Source: an uncultured Gemmatimonadales bacterium (GTDB lineage Bacteria > Gemmatimonadota > Gemmatimonadetes > Longimicrobiales > RSA9). From it: DNA of 64,000 bases. The translations under genes were made by a program, and so were the position numbers. The notes under the pieces were generated by a model. The model made no database searches. It saw nothing but the letters and a program-made list of their open reading frames with translations, and was not told the origin of the DNA. The stretch lies in contig CAVUKA010000003.1 of assembly GCA_963741945.1 (NCBI GenBank), forward strand, positions 668,522-732,521, read 5' to 3'. Each line of letters begins with the position of its first letter. Position 1 is the stretch's first letter. This document shows positions 1-9,638 of the stretch, piece after piece.

Positions 1-2300
1 TCCCTCGCCCGCGACAGCGCCTGCACGATCTCCGACGACGAGTCCGTCCGGTACAGCGTGACTTTCAGCGCCACCACGTCCGGATCCTCCGCCGCCTCAC
101 GGACGAAGCGCTCCGCGCTGCTGGTGAAGTCGTCATCGGGGAAGTAGACCAGGCGGTCGGCCTCCCGCAGCAGGTCGAACACGGGACGCCGCGGCTCGAG
201 CGGGACGGAGCGGTGCATGGGCGGGAAGCGGACGTCGTCGCCGATCTCCATTTCCGCGACCTCCTCCAGCGCGGCCAGGTCGATGAGCCCGTCCACCACG
301 TACACGTCCTGCGGTCCCAGCCACCATGATTCGGTGGGCGACTCGTAGCGCAGCTCGTTCACGATCATCTGCCGCAGCGAACGCGGCATGCGCGCGTCCA
401 CCTCCAGCCGCACCGGCGAGCGGAACGGGCGACGAGCCACGTCCTCCTCCACCGCCTGCAGCACATCCCCCACCAGCGTCTCCTCCAGTTGCGTGCGCGC
501 GCTCCGCGTCACGCGGAAGAGGTGCGCGCTCTGCACCGTGAGCCCGGAGTAGAGGTCCGGGAGGCGCGCCACCAGCAGCTCCTCCAGCGGGACCAGCCGG
601 CGGCCGTCCTCCAGCGGCAGAAAGCGCGGAAGCTCGCCCGGCAGCTCCACGGCCGTGAAGTGCGCCCGGTCCGAGCCCGGGAGCCGCACCACGGCCCCGA
701 TCGCCGGACGCAGGTTCCGCATGTGCGGGAACGGATGGCTCGCGTCGGCGGCCATCGGCGTGAGCACCACTTCCGCGTCGGTGGCGTAGCGCTCCAGCAG
801 GTACGCGCGGTCCTCCTCGCCCAGCTCCCGCCAGCGCAGGATCCGCACACCCCGCTCCGCCAGCGCGGGGAGAAGCCGCCGCTGCAGCAGTCGCTGCGCC
901 CTCGCCGCCACCTGCCGTGCGCGGATGCCGATCAGGTCCAGCTGCTCCCGCGCGCTCAGACCGTCCATGGTCCGCCGGTTGCCGGGCGATGCGGCCTCCT
1001 CCTTGAACCCGGCCACACGGGTCATGAAGAAGTCGTCCTGCCGACTGCCGAACATGGACAGGAATCGCACCCGCTCGAGGAGCGGCGTATCGCCGGACTC
1101 GGCGAACGCGAGGATGCGCTCGTCGAAGCTCACACGGCTCAGCTCCGCGTTCAGCAGGTGCGCCGGCGGGACATCCTTTCCGGGCGCCGCCTCGGGCAGC
1201 GGGACCGGCGAGAGCGCGAGCTCCAGCGCTTCCGGGCCCGCATCCGCCTCTCCGAGCTCCGCCGCCCCATCGCCGCTCAGCAGGTCGGAGCGCGCGGCCA
1301 CCTCGAGCGCCGCGAGGGTGCGCGCGCCGCGCAGCGCGGCGCTCCCCACCGCCCCCAGCGCTTCCGCCAGCGGCACCCAGACAAGCTCCCCGTCCGCCGT
1401 GTCCGGCTGTACCTCATCCGTGGCCCACACCTCGAGCGCCGGCCGACCGGGTCCGCCGGGGTTCGTGCCCAGGAGCCGCACGCGCGCGCCCGCAGCCGCA
1501 AGCACTTTCGAGACGAGCCGCCGGGCGGCGGTCTCTCCGCTGCCGTCTCCGAACGGGATGCGCAGCCGCCCGCCATCGCGGAGCAGGGCGATGCGGCCAT
1601 GGGCGTGGGCGACGATCGCCAGCTCCCGCGCGGCCCGAACCTCCCGCTCGAGCGCCTCGATCTCGGCATCATCGAGGAGGTCCCGGGCGCGAGTGGCGGG
1701 ATCGGAGAGCGTGATCCGGACCCCGGGCTCGCGCTCGAGCGATGTCACCAGCGCTTCCACGTCCGCGTCCACGGCCGCGGTCACCACGATCTCCCAGAGC
1801 GTTCCCGACAGGTCGTTCCTCCGCACGGTCAGCGCGTCGTAGGAGAGGGTGAGCGCCTGCCCGGAGCCGGGAGCGCGGCCCGAGAGGGAAACATGCCTCA
1901 GCCGGCACAGCGTCTCCACCTCGAACGCCTGCTCCAGGCGCGCGGGATCGATGAGCCCGCGAAGCAGCTCCGCGGCCTCGGAATCGCCGTGAAACACGCT
2001 CCCGGCATCGCCCGGCTCGACGTCCGACTCCGCGCTCCGCGCCGCTCCTTCGCCATCGCTCGCGCTCCGGATGTCCACGCGCAGCGTACGCCGCCCGTCC
2101 GCGTGGTGCCGCAGCCGCACGGCCGCCGGCTTGAGCCCCAGCTCTCCGCCGGCGGTGTCGTAATACACGTCCCGGAACACCTCGATGGAGCGGCCCTCCT
2201 CACGCCCGGGGACCGGGAGCGGCCGTACGGCCAGGCCATCGAGGAGCTCGCCGCTCGGGACCTGGAAGCGGATCGTCCGCCGCCCTCCCGCCGACCTCAC
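1..2300 (-). CDS. ppk: Polyphosphate kinase 1 (PPK1) with a ~380-aa N-terminal extension containing a CYTH-like (triphosphate-tunnel) domain; the C-terminus lies beyond the window start
   Basis: Absent from the ORF track because this frame has no stop inside the window. Hand translation of the minus strand gives HLLNAELSRVSFDERILAFAESGDTPLLERVRFLSMFGSRQDDFFMT (~1160-1020) and FVREAAEDPDVVALKVTLYRTDSSSEIVQAL (~100-1), both PPK1 signatures. Around 2180-1750 it reads IEVFRDVYYDTAGGELGLKPAAVRLRHHADGRRTLRVDI ... LSYDALTVRRNDLSGTLWEIVV, which are CYTH-type strands. GTG at 2300 overlaps the upstream TGA (GTGA). Confidence 0.85.
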   Translation of the reverse strand, partial: MRSAGGRRTIRFQVPSGELLDGLAVRPLPVPGREEGRSIEVFRDVYYDTAGGELGLKPAAVRLRHHADGRRTLRVDIRSASDGEGAARSAESDVEPGDAGSVFHGDSEAAELLRGLIDPARLEQAFEVETLCRLRHVSLSGRAPGSGQALTLSYDALTVRRNDLSGTLWEIVVTAAVDADVEALVTSLEREPGVRITLSDPATRARDLLDDAEIEALEREVRAARELAIVAHAHGRIALLRDGGRLRIPFGDGSGETAARRLVSKVLAAAGARVRLLGTNPGGPGRPALEVWATDEVQPDTADGELVWVPLAEALGAVGSAALRGARTLAALEVAARSDLLSGDGAAELGEADAGPEALELALSPVPLPEAAPGKDVPPAHLLNAELSRVSFDERILAFAESGDTPLLERVRFLSMFGSRQDDFFMTRVAGFKEEAASPGNRRTMDGLSAREQLDLIGIRARQVAARAQRLLQRRLLPALAERGVRILRWRELGEEDRAYLLERYATDAEVVLTPMAADASHPFPHMRNLRPAIGAVVRLPGSDRAHFTAVELPGELPRFLPLEDGRRLVPLEELLVARLPDLYSGLTVQSAHLFRVTRSARTQLEETLVGDVLQAVEEDVARRPFRSPVRLEVDARMPRSLRQMIVNELRYESPTESWWLGPQDVYVVDGLIDLAALEEVAEMEIGDDVRFPPMHRSVPLEPRRPVFDLLREADRLVYFPDDDFTSSAERFVREAAEDPDVVALKVTLYRTDSSSEIVQALSRAR

Positions 2301-3370
2301 CCCTCGTCCTCCCTCGGGTGGTACGGTACGTACTCCGCCGCCGCCACGGTGGGCGACCAGCGGTCTTCCAGCTCGCCGAGGATGTCCACGGGCGTCTTCT
2401 TCTTTCGCAGCCGCACCGCCGCCTCCAGCGTGTAGACGCCGTTGCGCCCGAGCGGCGGCTCGTGGAACAGCCACTCCTTCCCGATCTCGCTCAGCACCAC
2501 CTCCGCCACCTGCCTCGCCGAGCGCGGCTCCGTTGTGTGGATCAGCAGGATCCCGTCCGTCTTGATCTGGTCGGCCAGCTCCTCGAGCCGTTTCCGCACC
2601 CGGTCCTGCCCCTGTGGCGTCTGGGCGATCATCATGCTGGTGTCGCCCACCGACAGGAGCTCCGCGTCCTCGTCCACGTACACCTCGAGGTCGTACTTCC
2701 AGAAGACCAGCACCATGACCGCGAAGGTCAGCGACAGGACGAGCGCGATGTCCACCGCCTGCACGCCGCACGCGAGCCCGATGGCCATGACCAGGAAGAC
2801 GTGAACGGCATCCTTTGGATTCTTCACCGTGGTGCGGAAGCGCACTGCCGCCACGATCCCCGCCAGGCTGAATGCCAGCGCCAGGCTGTTCTTCACCACC
2901 ATGACCGTCCCGGTCACCACGGGCGGCAGCATGATGAGCGTGTGCACCAGCGAGCGGTCGTAACGAAGTCGCTGCGCGAACGTGTATACCCACGCGATCG
3001 GCAGGACGAGCAGGATGGTGGCCGCGATGGCCAGCGCGGTGGTGAGCACCCGCGCGCTTTCCGTGCGCGCGGGGACGATCAGCGCCTTCGGATTCACGAT
3101 GTTCCCCGCATCCGCCACGTTCCCGCCCAGCGGCGACACCAGCGCCTTCTCCACGCCCGGGATGAAGTGCACGCCCAGGAGTCCGATCCCGATCAGCACG
3201 GCGTAATAGAAGAGAAGCCGCACAATCGGGATCTTCCGGGAATGCTCCGCATACCGGCGTCGGTCTCCGTTGCGGGACCATCGCCCCCTGGCGGATCGAC
3301 CCACGTCGGCAGCCTCGCCGCCGTTGTGTCCGGTATCCTGCCGCTCCGCCACGCGTTCTGCTCCTTTCAA
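2297..3370 (-). CDS. DUF4956-family integral membrane protein (family usually partnered with VTC/TTM-type polyphosphate enzymes)
   Basis: 357-aa ORF with several hydrophobic helices (LLFYYAVLIGIGLLGV, ALAIAATILLVLPIAWVY, LIMLPPVVTGTVMVV, LAFSLAGIVAAVRFRTTVKNPKD, VFLVMAIGLACGV, LVLSLTFAVMVLVFW) followed by an acidic soluble C-terminal domain. Its stop overlaps the ppk start. The exact start is uncertain. Confidence 0.75.
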   Translation of the reverse strand: MKGAERVAERQDTGHNGGEAADVGRSARGRWSRNGDRRRYAEHSRKIPIVRLLFYYAVLIGIGLLGVHFIPGVEKALVSPLGGNVADAGNIVNPKALIVPARTESARVLTTALAIAATILLVLPIAWVYTFAQRLRYDRSLVHTLIMLPPVVTGTVMVVKNSLALAFSLAGIVAAVRFRTTVKNPKDAVHVFLVMAIGLACGVQAVDIALVLSLTFAVMVLVFWKYDLEVYVDEDAELLSVGDTSMMIAQTPQGQDRVRKRLEELADQIKTDGILLIHTTEPRSARQVAEVVLSEIGKEWLFHEPPLGRNGVYTLEAAVRLRKKKTPVDILGELEDRWSPTVAAAEYVPYHPREDEG

Positions 3371-3494
3371 CCGCTGGTTCGCGGTCCGGAAGGGGCAAAA
3401 AGCGCGCCTTCACCGCGGCCGGGCGAGCCGCGGCCCCGACGCACGACGGCCCCGCCCGGCGAGCGCCGGACGGGGCCATCGTGTCCTGCTACAT

Positions 3495-3521
3495 CCGTTC
3501 CGCGGTGGGACCGCGGAACGG
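3495..3521 (-). terminator. Hairpin downstream of the susD-like gene (putative terminator)
   Basis: Perfect 12-bp stem CCGUUCCGCGGU/ACCGCGGAACGG with a 3-nt loop, starting 7 nt after the stop at 3528. A second GC-rich imperfect hairpin lies at ~3448-3478. There is no clear U-tract. Confidence 0.45.
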
Positions 3522-3527
3522 TTCGGC

Positions 3528-4889
3528 TCAGCCTTCGTAGCCCGGGTTCTGCGTCAGGTTCGGCGCAACGTCGAGCTCCGAGACCGGGAGCGGCCAGAGC
3601 GCCTTGTACGGCGCCCACCGGCTCCCGAACGCGGCCGCGCCCTCGCCCAGCCGGTTCAGGTCGAACCACCGGTCGCCCTCGAACGCCAGCTCCAGCCGGC
3701 GCTCCAGGTAGATGGCATCCAGTACGTCCGCCTGGCTGTTGTTGAGGTCCGCGGCGAGGTCGTACGTCGCAACGCCCGCCCGCTCGCGGATCATGTTCAG
3801 GTACTCCACCGCCGTGTCCAGGTCACCCTGCTCCGCCGCGGCCTCGGCCACGATCAGCAGGATCTCGCCATAGCGGATCACGTTGAAATCTTCGGTCCCC
3901 GCCGTGGTCGGGAACTTCAGGACCTGGATCCCATCCGGCCGCGTCTCGCCGAAGTCCGCGGCGAAGCGCTGGTCGTTGGCCTGGTCGAAGAGGTAGTAGA
4001 TCTCTTCCGTCGCCCCGATCTCGAAGCGTCCGGCGTACTGGTAATAGAAGCCGAAGTTGTTGTAGTCGACCGAGGTGAAGACGATCTTGAAGATGTCCTC
4101 GGGCGAGCCCTGGTCGGCCCACAGCGACGCGTAGTTCGAGGCGAGATCGTAGTCGCCCGAGTTCACCAGCCGCATGGCCGCGGCCTGCGCCTGCGACCAC
4201 TTCTGCTGGTACAGCGACGCCTTCGCCAGCAGCGCGTCGGTGAAGCCCGGCGTCATGAAGCTGCGATCCGAGTTGTCGATCCCGGCCGACGTCATGAGCG
4301 TCTTCGCCTGCGCCAGGTCCGCCTCGATCTGGGCATACACCTCGGCGACCGACGCCCGCGCCACCTGCGACGCCTCATCCAGCGACGCCGGCGGCTCCAG
4401 CACCAGCGGCACGCCGCCGTAGGCACGCACCAGCGAGAAGTAGTTGAGCGCCCGGAGCGCGTACGCCTGCCCGAGCAGCCAGTCCTTGTCCGACTGCTCG
4501 ATGTTGTCCAGCTCCGGCACCTTCTGGATCAGGTGGTTGACCCGGTCGATCCCCCGGTAGGCGAGGTTCCAGATCCACTCAATGGAGTAGTTGGCCGCCG
4601 TCGTGTTCAGGAGGTCCGCCTCGCCATAGCTGCCATACGTGCCGGTGTGCTCGGCGTTGTCCGACATGTTCTCCGACCACAGGACGTAGTCGCCGCCGTA
4701 GTAGTCGCCGCTCTGGAGCGCGCTGTACCCGCCCATCAGCGCCGCCGTGGCGGACTCCATGTCGATGATCGCCACGCTGGATGCGATGGCGTCCTCGGGC
4801 AGCACTTCCAGCGGCCCCTGGTCGCACGCCGCCACGCCTGCCAGGAGCAGCAGCGCGGGCGCCATTCGGAATAGTTTCTTCATGGTCAT
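3528..4889 (-). CDS. RagB/SusD-family nutrient-binding outer-membrane lipoprotein
   Basis: 453-aa ORF with lipoprotein signal LLLLAGVAAC and SusD-like blocks (QAYALRALNYFSLVRAYGGVPL; AIYLERRLELAFEGDRWFDLNR). It begins 14 nt after the SusC-like stop. ATG 4883 is an alternative start. Confidence 0.9.
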   Translation of the reverse strand: MTMKKLFRMAPALLLLAGVAACDQGPLEVLPEDAIASSVAIIDMESATAALMGGYSALQSGDYYGGDYVLWSENMSDNAEHTGTYGSYGEADLLNTTAANYSIEWIWNLAYRGIDRVNHLIQKVPELDNIEQSDKDWLLGQAYALRALNYFSLVRAYGGVPLVLEPPASLDEASQVARASVAEVYAQIEADLAQAKTLMTSAGIDNSDRSFMTPGFTDALLAKASLYQQKWSQAQAAAMRLVNSGDYDLASNYASLWADQGSPEDIFKIVFTSVDYNNFGFYYQYAGRFEIGATEEIYYLFDQANDQRFAADFGETRPDGIQVLKFPTTAGTEDFNVIRYGEILLIVAEAAAEQGDLDTAVEYLNMIRERAGVATYDLAADLNNSQADVLDAIYLERRLELAFEGDRWFDLNRLGEGAAAFGSRWAPYKALWPLPVSELDVAPNLTQNPGYEG

Positions 4890-4902
4890 TTCCTTTCCGC
4901 GC

Positions 4903-7900
4903 TCACCAGTTCCCCTGGAACCCGAACGTGATCGTCCGGGCCAGCGGATAGGCGTAGAAGTCGGTCCCGAGCGTCGCGGCCGCGGCGCCGGAGCCGCCGT
5001 AGTTGTTCTCCGGGGCGTAGCCGGAATAATCCGTCCACGTCTTCAGGTTCTTGCCCGACACGAAGAACCGGCTGTTGCTCGCCCGGATCAGGTTGTTGAT
5101 GGCGTCCGGCACCTTCACGCCGAGCGTGACCTCGCCGAGACGTACGTAGGACGCGTCCTCGAGGTAGCGGCTGGACTCGACCCACGCGCCGGTCGAGCCG
5201 TACCAGCTCGGGCTCGGAGCGGTGCCGTCCGGGTTGTCCGGCGTCCAGTAGTTCTCCACGTGGACCTTGAACTTGTTGTCCAGGAAGTAGCCGCCATCAT
5301 CGGAGTACTCGCGCATGGCGTTGTAGATCTTCGCGCCCTGGCTGAAGTCGAAGAACGCCATCAGGTCGAACGCGCCATACGAGAACGTGTTGCGGATCCC
5401 GCCGTAGTAATCCGGGTGCGGGCTGCCCACGATCATGCGGTCGTCGGAGCCGGGGAAGGTGGTCCAGACGATGTCGCCGTTGGCGTCGTACTGCACGTTG
5501 CCGTCGGCATCCAGGTCCACGTACTTCGCCACGCCCGTCTCCCGGTCCACGCCGATGTACTTGGGCGTGTAGAAGACACCGATCGGCTGTCCGACCTCGA
5601 CCCAGTTGATGAACCCGGAGGGGAACGGCTCGTCCTTGTAGAGCGCGGTCACCTTGTTCCGGTTGCGGGTCAGGTTGAGCTCCGTGGTCCACTCGAACCC
5701 GTTGGCCCGGTTCGGCCGGACGTTCACCGTGTTGAGGCTGAGCTCCCATCCCTCGTTCCGGATCCCGCCCACGTTGGCGAGCACGGACGTGAAGCCGCTG
5801 GTGGCGGTGACCGGCCGGTTGAGCAGCAGGTCGTTCGTGTTCTTCCAGTAGCGCTCGACCACGAAGCCGAGTCGGTCATTGAAGAAGCTGAGGTCGAGCC
5901 CCAGGTTCGTCTCGCTGGTGGTCTCCCACTTCAGGTCGTTGTTGGCCAGGTTCGCCGGCGCGGTGCCCGGGATCGGTCCGTAGTTGGCCGTGCCGTAGAG
6001 GCCCAGATAGCGGAAGTCGCCGATGGCCTCGTTCCCCGTCTCGCCCCAGCTGGCGCGGAGCTTCATGTCGCTGATGAAGTCCAGCCCCTGCATGAACGGC
6101 TCGGCGCTGACTACCCAAGCCGCGGACGCGGCCCGGAAGACGCCGAACTTGTTGTTCTCACCGAAGCGCGACGAGCCGTCGGCCCGGATGCTGGCGTTGA
6201 GGATGTAGCGGTCGTTGTAGACGTAATTGGCGCGACCGAAGAACGACATGAGGTTGTGCGACCACCCGCTCCCGTCGTAGCCGGCCACGTCCGCCCCGTT
6301 GCCCGGCCAGTTGAGCTCCGGGCTCGTGAAGCTTTCCGTTCGGATGAAGCTCTCCTCGCGCTTGTCCCGTTCCGTCGACGCGCCCGCCGTCACCGACAGC
6401 TCGTGCGCACCGAAGTACTTGTTGCCGGTCAGGTAGCCTTCGAGCAGGTACTTGTTCCCGGATGCGTTGGCCACGCGCGAGACGCCGCCCACGCCCGACC
6501 CGTAGGTCAGCGGGGTCAGCGGTGAGTTCCAGCGATGCTCGCGCAGGTTGAGGATGTCGAAACCTGCGCGGCCCGTGGCCGTCAGCCAGCTGGTTGCCAC
6601 GTAGTTCGCGGTGAGGCTGCCGAAGGTCCGGTTCGTGAGGGCGTTCGTGAAGTCCTCCACGCCCACCGCCACCGGGTTCGAGTACGAGGCCCAGTCGCTC
6701 CAGGCGCCCGTCGCGGGGTCCTTCACCGGCACCCACGGCTCGTTGGCGATGGCGTTCGTGACCGGGCTGACGATGGAGTTGTCCGACTCGATCCGGTCAT
6801 TGTTCTCCCGGGACAGCGACAGGGACGTGCTGAAGCTCAGCTTGTCCGACGCCTGGAAGTCCAGGTTCGCCCGGCCGGAAGCCCGGTTGTACCCGGACCC
6901 GATGATGATCCCGGTCTGGTCGAAGTACGTGCCGGAGATGTAGTACTTGAACGCCTCGGTCCCGCCGCTCACGCTGAGCTGCGTGTTGCTGATCGGCGCG
7001 GTCCGCATGACTTCTTCCTGCCAGTCCGTATTGACGCTCGGGTCCACGCCGAACGAGTTCAGCTCGTCCTGGACGTCCGCCTCGGTGTAGCCGTCGTAGC
7101 GCATCCCGTCCGAGAAGTACTGGATCCACTCGGCCGTGCTCAGCATCGGGATCTTCTTCTGCGACTGCTGGAAGCCGCCCGACACGTTCACGCTCACCTG
7201 CGGCCGGCCGGCCGTCTGGGCGCCGCGCTTGGTCGTGATCATGATCACGCCGTTCGAGCCCCGCGAGCCGTAGATCGCTGCCGCGGCCGCGTCCTTCAGG
7301 ATGTCGATGGACTCGATGTCGTCGGGGTTCAGCCCCGTGATGGACGACAGGTCCTGGCCGCCCAGCCCCAGCTGGCCGAAGTCCTCGCGGAAGATCGGCA
7401 CGCCATCCACCACGTACAGCGGCTGGTTGCCCGCCGAGATCGACGAGCTGCCGCGCACGCGCACCGTGATTCCGTTGCCGGGGTTACCCGCGTTCTGGAT
7501 CACCTGTACGCCCGCGGCCTTGCCCTGCAGCGCGGCGTCGAGACTCGCCACCACGCGATTTTCGACGTCCTGCGTCTGGACCGTGCTGATGGCGCTGCTC
7601 ACTTCCCGCCGCGTCTGCTGCGCGTATCCGGTGGCCACCAGCTCCTCGAGCTGGATCGCCGTGACGCCCAGCTGGAAGTCCTCCGTGGCCGTGCCGCCCG
7701 CGGCGACCGTGATGGTGCGCGCCTGGGGGGAGTAGCCGATGTACTCCACGCGCACTTCCGCTCGACCGCTCGGCACCCGCGTGAGGAGGTACCGTCCATC
7801 GTTGTTCGTGATCGTTCCGATTCCCGTGCCTCGAATCATCACCTGAGCGCCGGAGATCGGCTCTCCGGTCTGCGCGTCGGTGACGGTGCCACGGATCGCG

Positions 7901-7995
7901 CCCGGTTCCTGCGCGGCGAGACTCCGTGGTGCGCCGAAGGCGGTCAGCGCGATGGCGACCGCGAGCGACGCGAAGGCTGCGCACGATGTCTTCAT
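4903..7995 (-). CDS. SusC/RagA-family TonB-dependent outer-membrane receptor
   Basis: ATG at 7995 is preceded by AGGAGG, so the track start at 8058 is probably too long. It has a signal peptide ending SLAAQ, a carboxypeptidase-regulatory-like domain (IRGTVTDAQTGEPISGAQV), a plug (IESIDILKDAAAAAIYGSRGSNGVIMITTKRG), and a beta-barrel ending ...TITFGFQGNW. Confidence 0.92.
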   Translation of the reverse strand: MKTSCAAFASLAVAIALTAFGAPRSLAAQEPGAIRGTVTDAQTGEPISGAQVMIRGTGIGTITNNDGRYLLTRVPSGRAEVRVEYIGYSPQARTITVAAGGTATEDFQLGVTAIQLEELVATGYAQQTRREVSSAISTVQTQDVENRVVASLDAALQGKAAGVQVIQNAGNPGNGITVRVRGSSSISAGNQPLYVVDGVPIFREDFGQLGLGGQDLSSITGLNPDDIESIDILKDAAAAAIYGSRGSNGVIMITTKRGAQTAGRPQVSVNVSGGFQQSQKKIPMLSTAEWIQYFSDGMRYDGYTEADVQDELNSFGVDPSVNTDWQEEVMRTAPISNTQLSVSGGTEAFKYYISGTYFDQTGIIIGSGYNRASGRANLDFQASDKLSFSTSLSLSRENNDRIESDNSIVSPVTNAIANEPWVPVKDPATGAWSDWASYSNPVAVGVEDFTNALTNRTFGSLTANYVATSWLTATGRAGFDILNLREHRWNSPLTPLTYGSGVGGVSRVANASGNKYLLEGYLTGNKYFGAHELSVTAGASTERDKREESFIRTESFTSPELNWPGNGADVAGYDGSGWSHNLMSFFGRANYVYNDRYILNASIRADGSSRFGENNKFGVFRAASAAWVVSAEPFMQGLDFISDMKLRASWGETGNEAIGDFRYLGLYGTANYGPIPGTAPANLANNDLKWETTSETNLGLDLSFFNDRLGFVVERYWKNTNDLLLNRPVTATSGFTSVLANVGGIRNEGWELSLNTVNVRPNRANGFEWTTELNLTRNRNKVTALYKDEPFPSGFINWVEVGQPIGVFYTPKYIGVDRETGVAKYVDLDADGNVQYDANGDIVWTTFPGSDDRMIVGSPHPDYYGGIRNTFSYGAFDLMAFFDFSQGAKIYNAMREYSDDGGYFLDNKFKVHVENYWTPDNPDGTAPSPSWYGSTGAWVESSRYLEDASYVRLGEVTLGVKVPDAINNLIRASNSRFFVSGKNLKTWTDYSGYAPENNYGGSGAAAATLGTDFYAYPLARTITFGFQGNW

Positions 7996-8056
7996 GCGAA
8001 GTGCCTCCTGGGTTGTTTGTGGAAGAAGGGTGCGATGCGGGTGAGGCATCGCCCGC

Positions 8057-8086
8057 ATTGTACCTTTCCATCAGGAACGCTGTCAA
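8057..8086 (-). promoter_or_regulatory. Sigma70-like promoter for the susC/susD-like operon
   Basis: On the minus strand: TTGACA (8086..8081), 18-nt spacer, TACAAT (8062..8057), about 60 nt upstream of ATG 7995. The leader contains the hairpin GCGAUGC-N7-GCAUCGC. Confidence 0.5.
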
Positions 8087-8204
8087 ATCCGGGATTGTGA
8101 CGAGCGACGGGGGCACCGTGCCTCCCGGACCCGAAATCCTTGCACTGGCACCCGCCTTCCCGCAGCTTCCCGGACCACGAACCAACCTCAGCCCGGCCGG
8201 TGCC

Positions 8205-9299
8205 TTGACGGTCCTTCTATTTCTCCTCGGCCTCCTGCTCCTCGTGGGCGGGGCCGAGCTGCTCGTGCGCGGCGCTTCCGCCCTCGCCACCGCCGCCGGC
8301 ATCGCCCCCCTGGTGGTGGGGCTCACCGTTGTGGCGTTCGGCACCAGCGCGCCCGAGCTCGCCGTCACGTTCGCGGCCACCCTCCGCGGCGAGCCCGACC
8401 TGGCCGTGGGTAACGTGGTGGGGAGCAACATCTCCAACATCCTGCTCATCCTGGGCCTCTCGGCGCTGGTCGCCCCGCTGGTGGTGCAGCGCAGTCTGGT
8501 GCGCGTGGAAGTGCCGCTCCTGGTGGGTGTATCCGCCGCTGTCTACCTCATGGCGGGCAATGGCCATGTCGGCCGCGCCGAGGGGCTCCTCCTCGTCCTC
8601 ACCGGCGCCACGTACACCGCCCTGCTGGCGCGCCACGCGGTGCGCGCCGCGGCAGAGCCCATGGCCGGCGAGGCGCAGGCGCCCATGGACGGCGGGGCGT
8701 TCACGACCGCCGGCCGGTCGGGCCGGCTCCGCTCGGTGACGGCGAACGCGGGGTTCGTGCTGACGGGCCTGCTGCTGCTGGTGCTCGGCTCTCACTGGCT
8801 GGTGGACAGCGCCCGCGCCTTCGCCGCCGCGCTGGGCGTGTCCGAGCTGGTGATCGGGCTGACGATCGTCGCCGTGGGCACGTCGCTGCCCGAGCTGGCG
8901 ACCTCGCTGGTGGCCGCCCTCCGGGGCGCCCGCGACCTCGCCGTCGGCAACATCGTGGGCAGCAACCTGTTCAACCTGCTCTTCATCCTGGGAGGCGCAG
9001 CCATGATCTCGCCGGCGGGCGTGCCGGTGCCCCCGGCCGCGCGGGCGTTCGACATTCCGGTGATGGTGGCGGTGGCGGCGGCGTGCCTGCCCATCTTCTT
9101 CACCGGCCACCGCATCGGCCGGCGGGAGGGGGCGCTCTTCCTGGGATACTTCCTGGCCTACGTGGCCTACGTGCTCCTGGCGGCCGCGGGACACGAGGCC
9201 GTGGTTCCGCTGCGAACCGCCATGATCTTCTTCGCCTTCCCGCTCACGGTGGTGATGCTGGGGGCGGTGGTGCTACGGGAGCTCCGTTCCGGCCGCTGA
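8205..9299 (+). CDS. Ca2+/cation antiporter (CaCA family, YrbG-like)
   Basis: Two alpha-repeats (GLTVVAFGTSAPELAV.. and GLTIVAVGTSLPELATS..) and about 10 TM helices. The track ORF starts at 7926 but has no ATG before the first helix. In-frame TTG 8205 (MTVLLFLLGLLLLVGGAELL) fits family N-termini; GTG 8118 is an alternative. Confidence 0.85.
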   Translation: MTVLLFLLGLLLLVGGAELLVRGASALATAAGIAPLVVGLTVVAFGTSAPELAVTFAATLRGEPDLAVGNVVGSNISNILLILGLSALVAPLVVQRSLVRVEVPLLVGVSAAVYLMAGNGHVGRAEGLLLVLTGATYTALLARHAVRAAAEPMAGEAQAPMDGGAFTTAGRSGRLRSVTANAGFVLTGLLLLVLGSHWLVDSARAFAAALGVSELVIGLTIVAVGTSLPELATSLVAALRGARDLAVGNIVGSNLFNLLFILGGAAMISPAGVPVPPAARAFDIPVMVAVAAACLPIFFTGHRIGRREGALFLGYFLAYVAYVLLAAAGHEAVVPLRTAMIFFAFPLTVVMLGAVVLRELRSGR

Positions 9300-9638
9300 T
9301 GCGTTCTCCGGCACCACCCGGATCCGGCTCGCGAGCTCCCGGTCCAGTGCAAGCTCGGTCCGCCCAAGGCGCAGCACGTAGGCCGGGAACCGCTGAACCA
9401 GCCGCAGCCGCACGCCGGGCAGGATTCCGAGCCCGGCCAGCTTGGCCGCCGCCGCCGTCCACGGCTCCTCCAGGCAGCTCACCGCCCCGACATCGCCCGG
9501 GGCCAGCGTGTCCAGCCGCACGGAGTGGCAGTCCACGCCATGGCAGCCGCCGGTCTCCGGCACCGGCGCTCCCGCGCGGCACGAATCCTTCCAGGCGACG
9601 CCGCCCAGCAGCGACGTGAGGCGTTCCACGAGCGTCAT
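9273..9638 (-). CDS. feoA: FeoA-domain protein with Cys/His-containing N-terminal extension
   Basis: C-terminal FeoA/SH3-like block VRLDTLAPGDVGAVSCLEEP...LAGLGILPGVRLRLVQRFPAYVLRLGRTELALDRELASRIRV. ATG 9638 overlaps the upstream TGA (ATGA); ATG 9650 is an alternative. The 3' end overlaps the convergent antiporter by 27 nt. Confidence 0.8.
   Translation of the reverse strand: MTLVERLTSLLGGVAWKDSCRAGAPVPETGGCHGVDCHSVRLDTLAPGDVGAVSCLEEPWTAAAAKLAGLGILPGVRLRLVQRFPAYVLRLGRTELALDRELASRIRVVPENASAAGTELP

Noticed and set aside
489-2435. 648-aa plus-strand ORF (and nested ORFs 925..1842, 509..850, 1277..1672) covering the ppk region
   Set aside because: The composition is Arg/Pro/Ala/Gly-dominated and low-complexity, with no family resemblance. 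The opposite strand encodes unmistakable PPK1 motifs. These are typical shadow ORFs in very GC-rich DNA.
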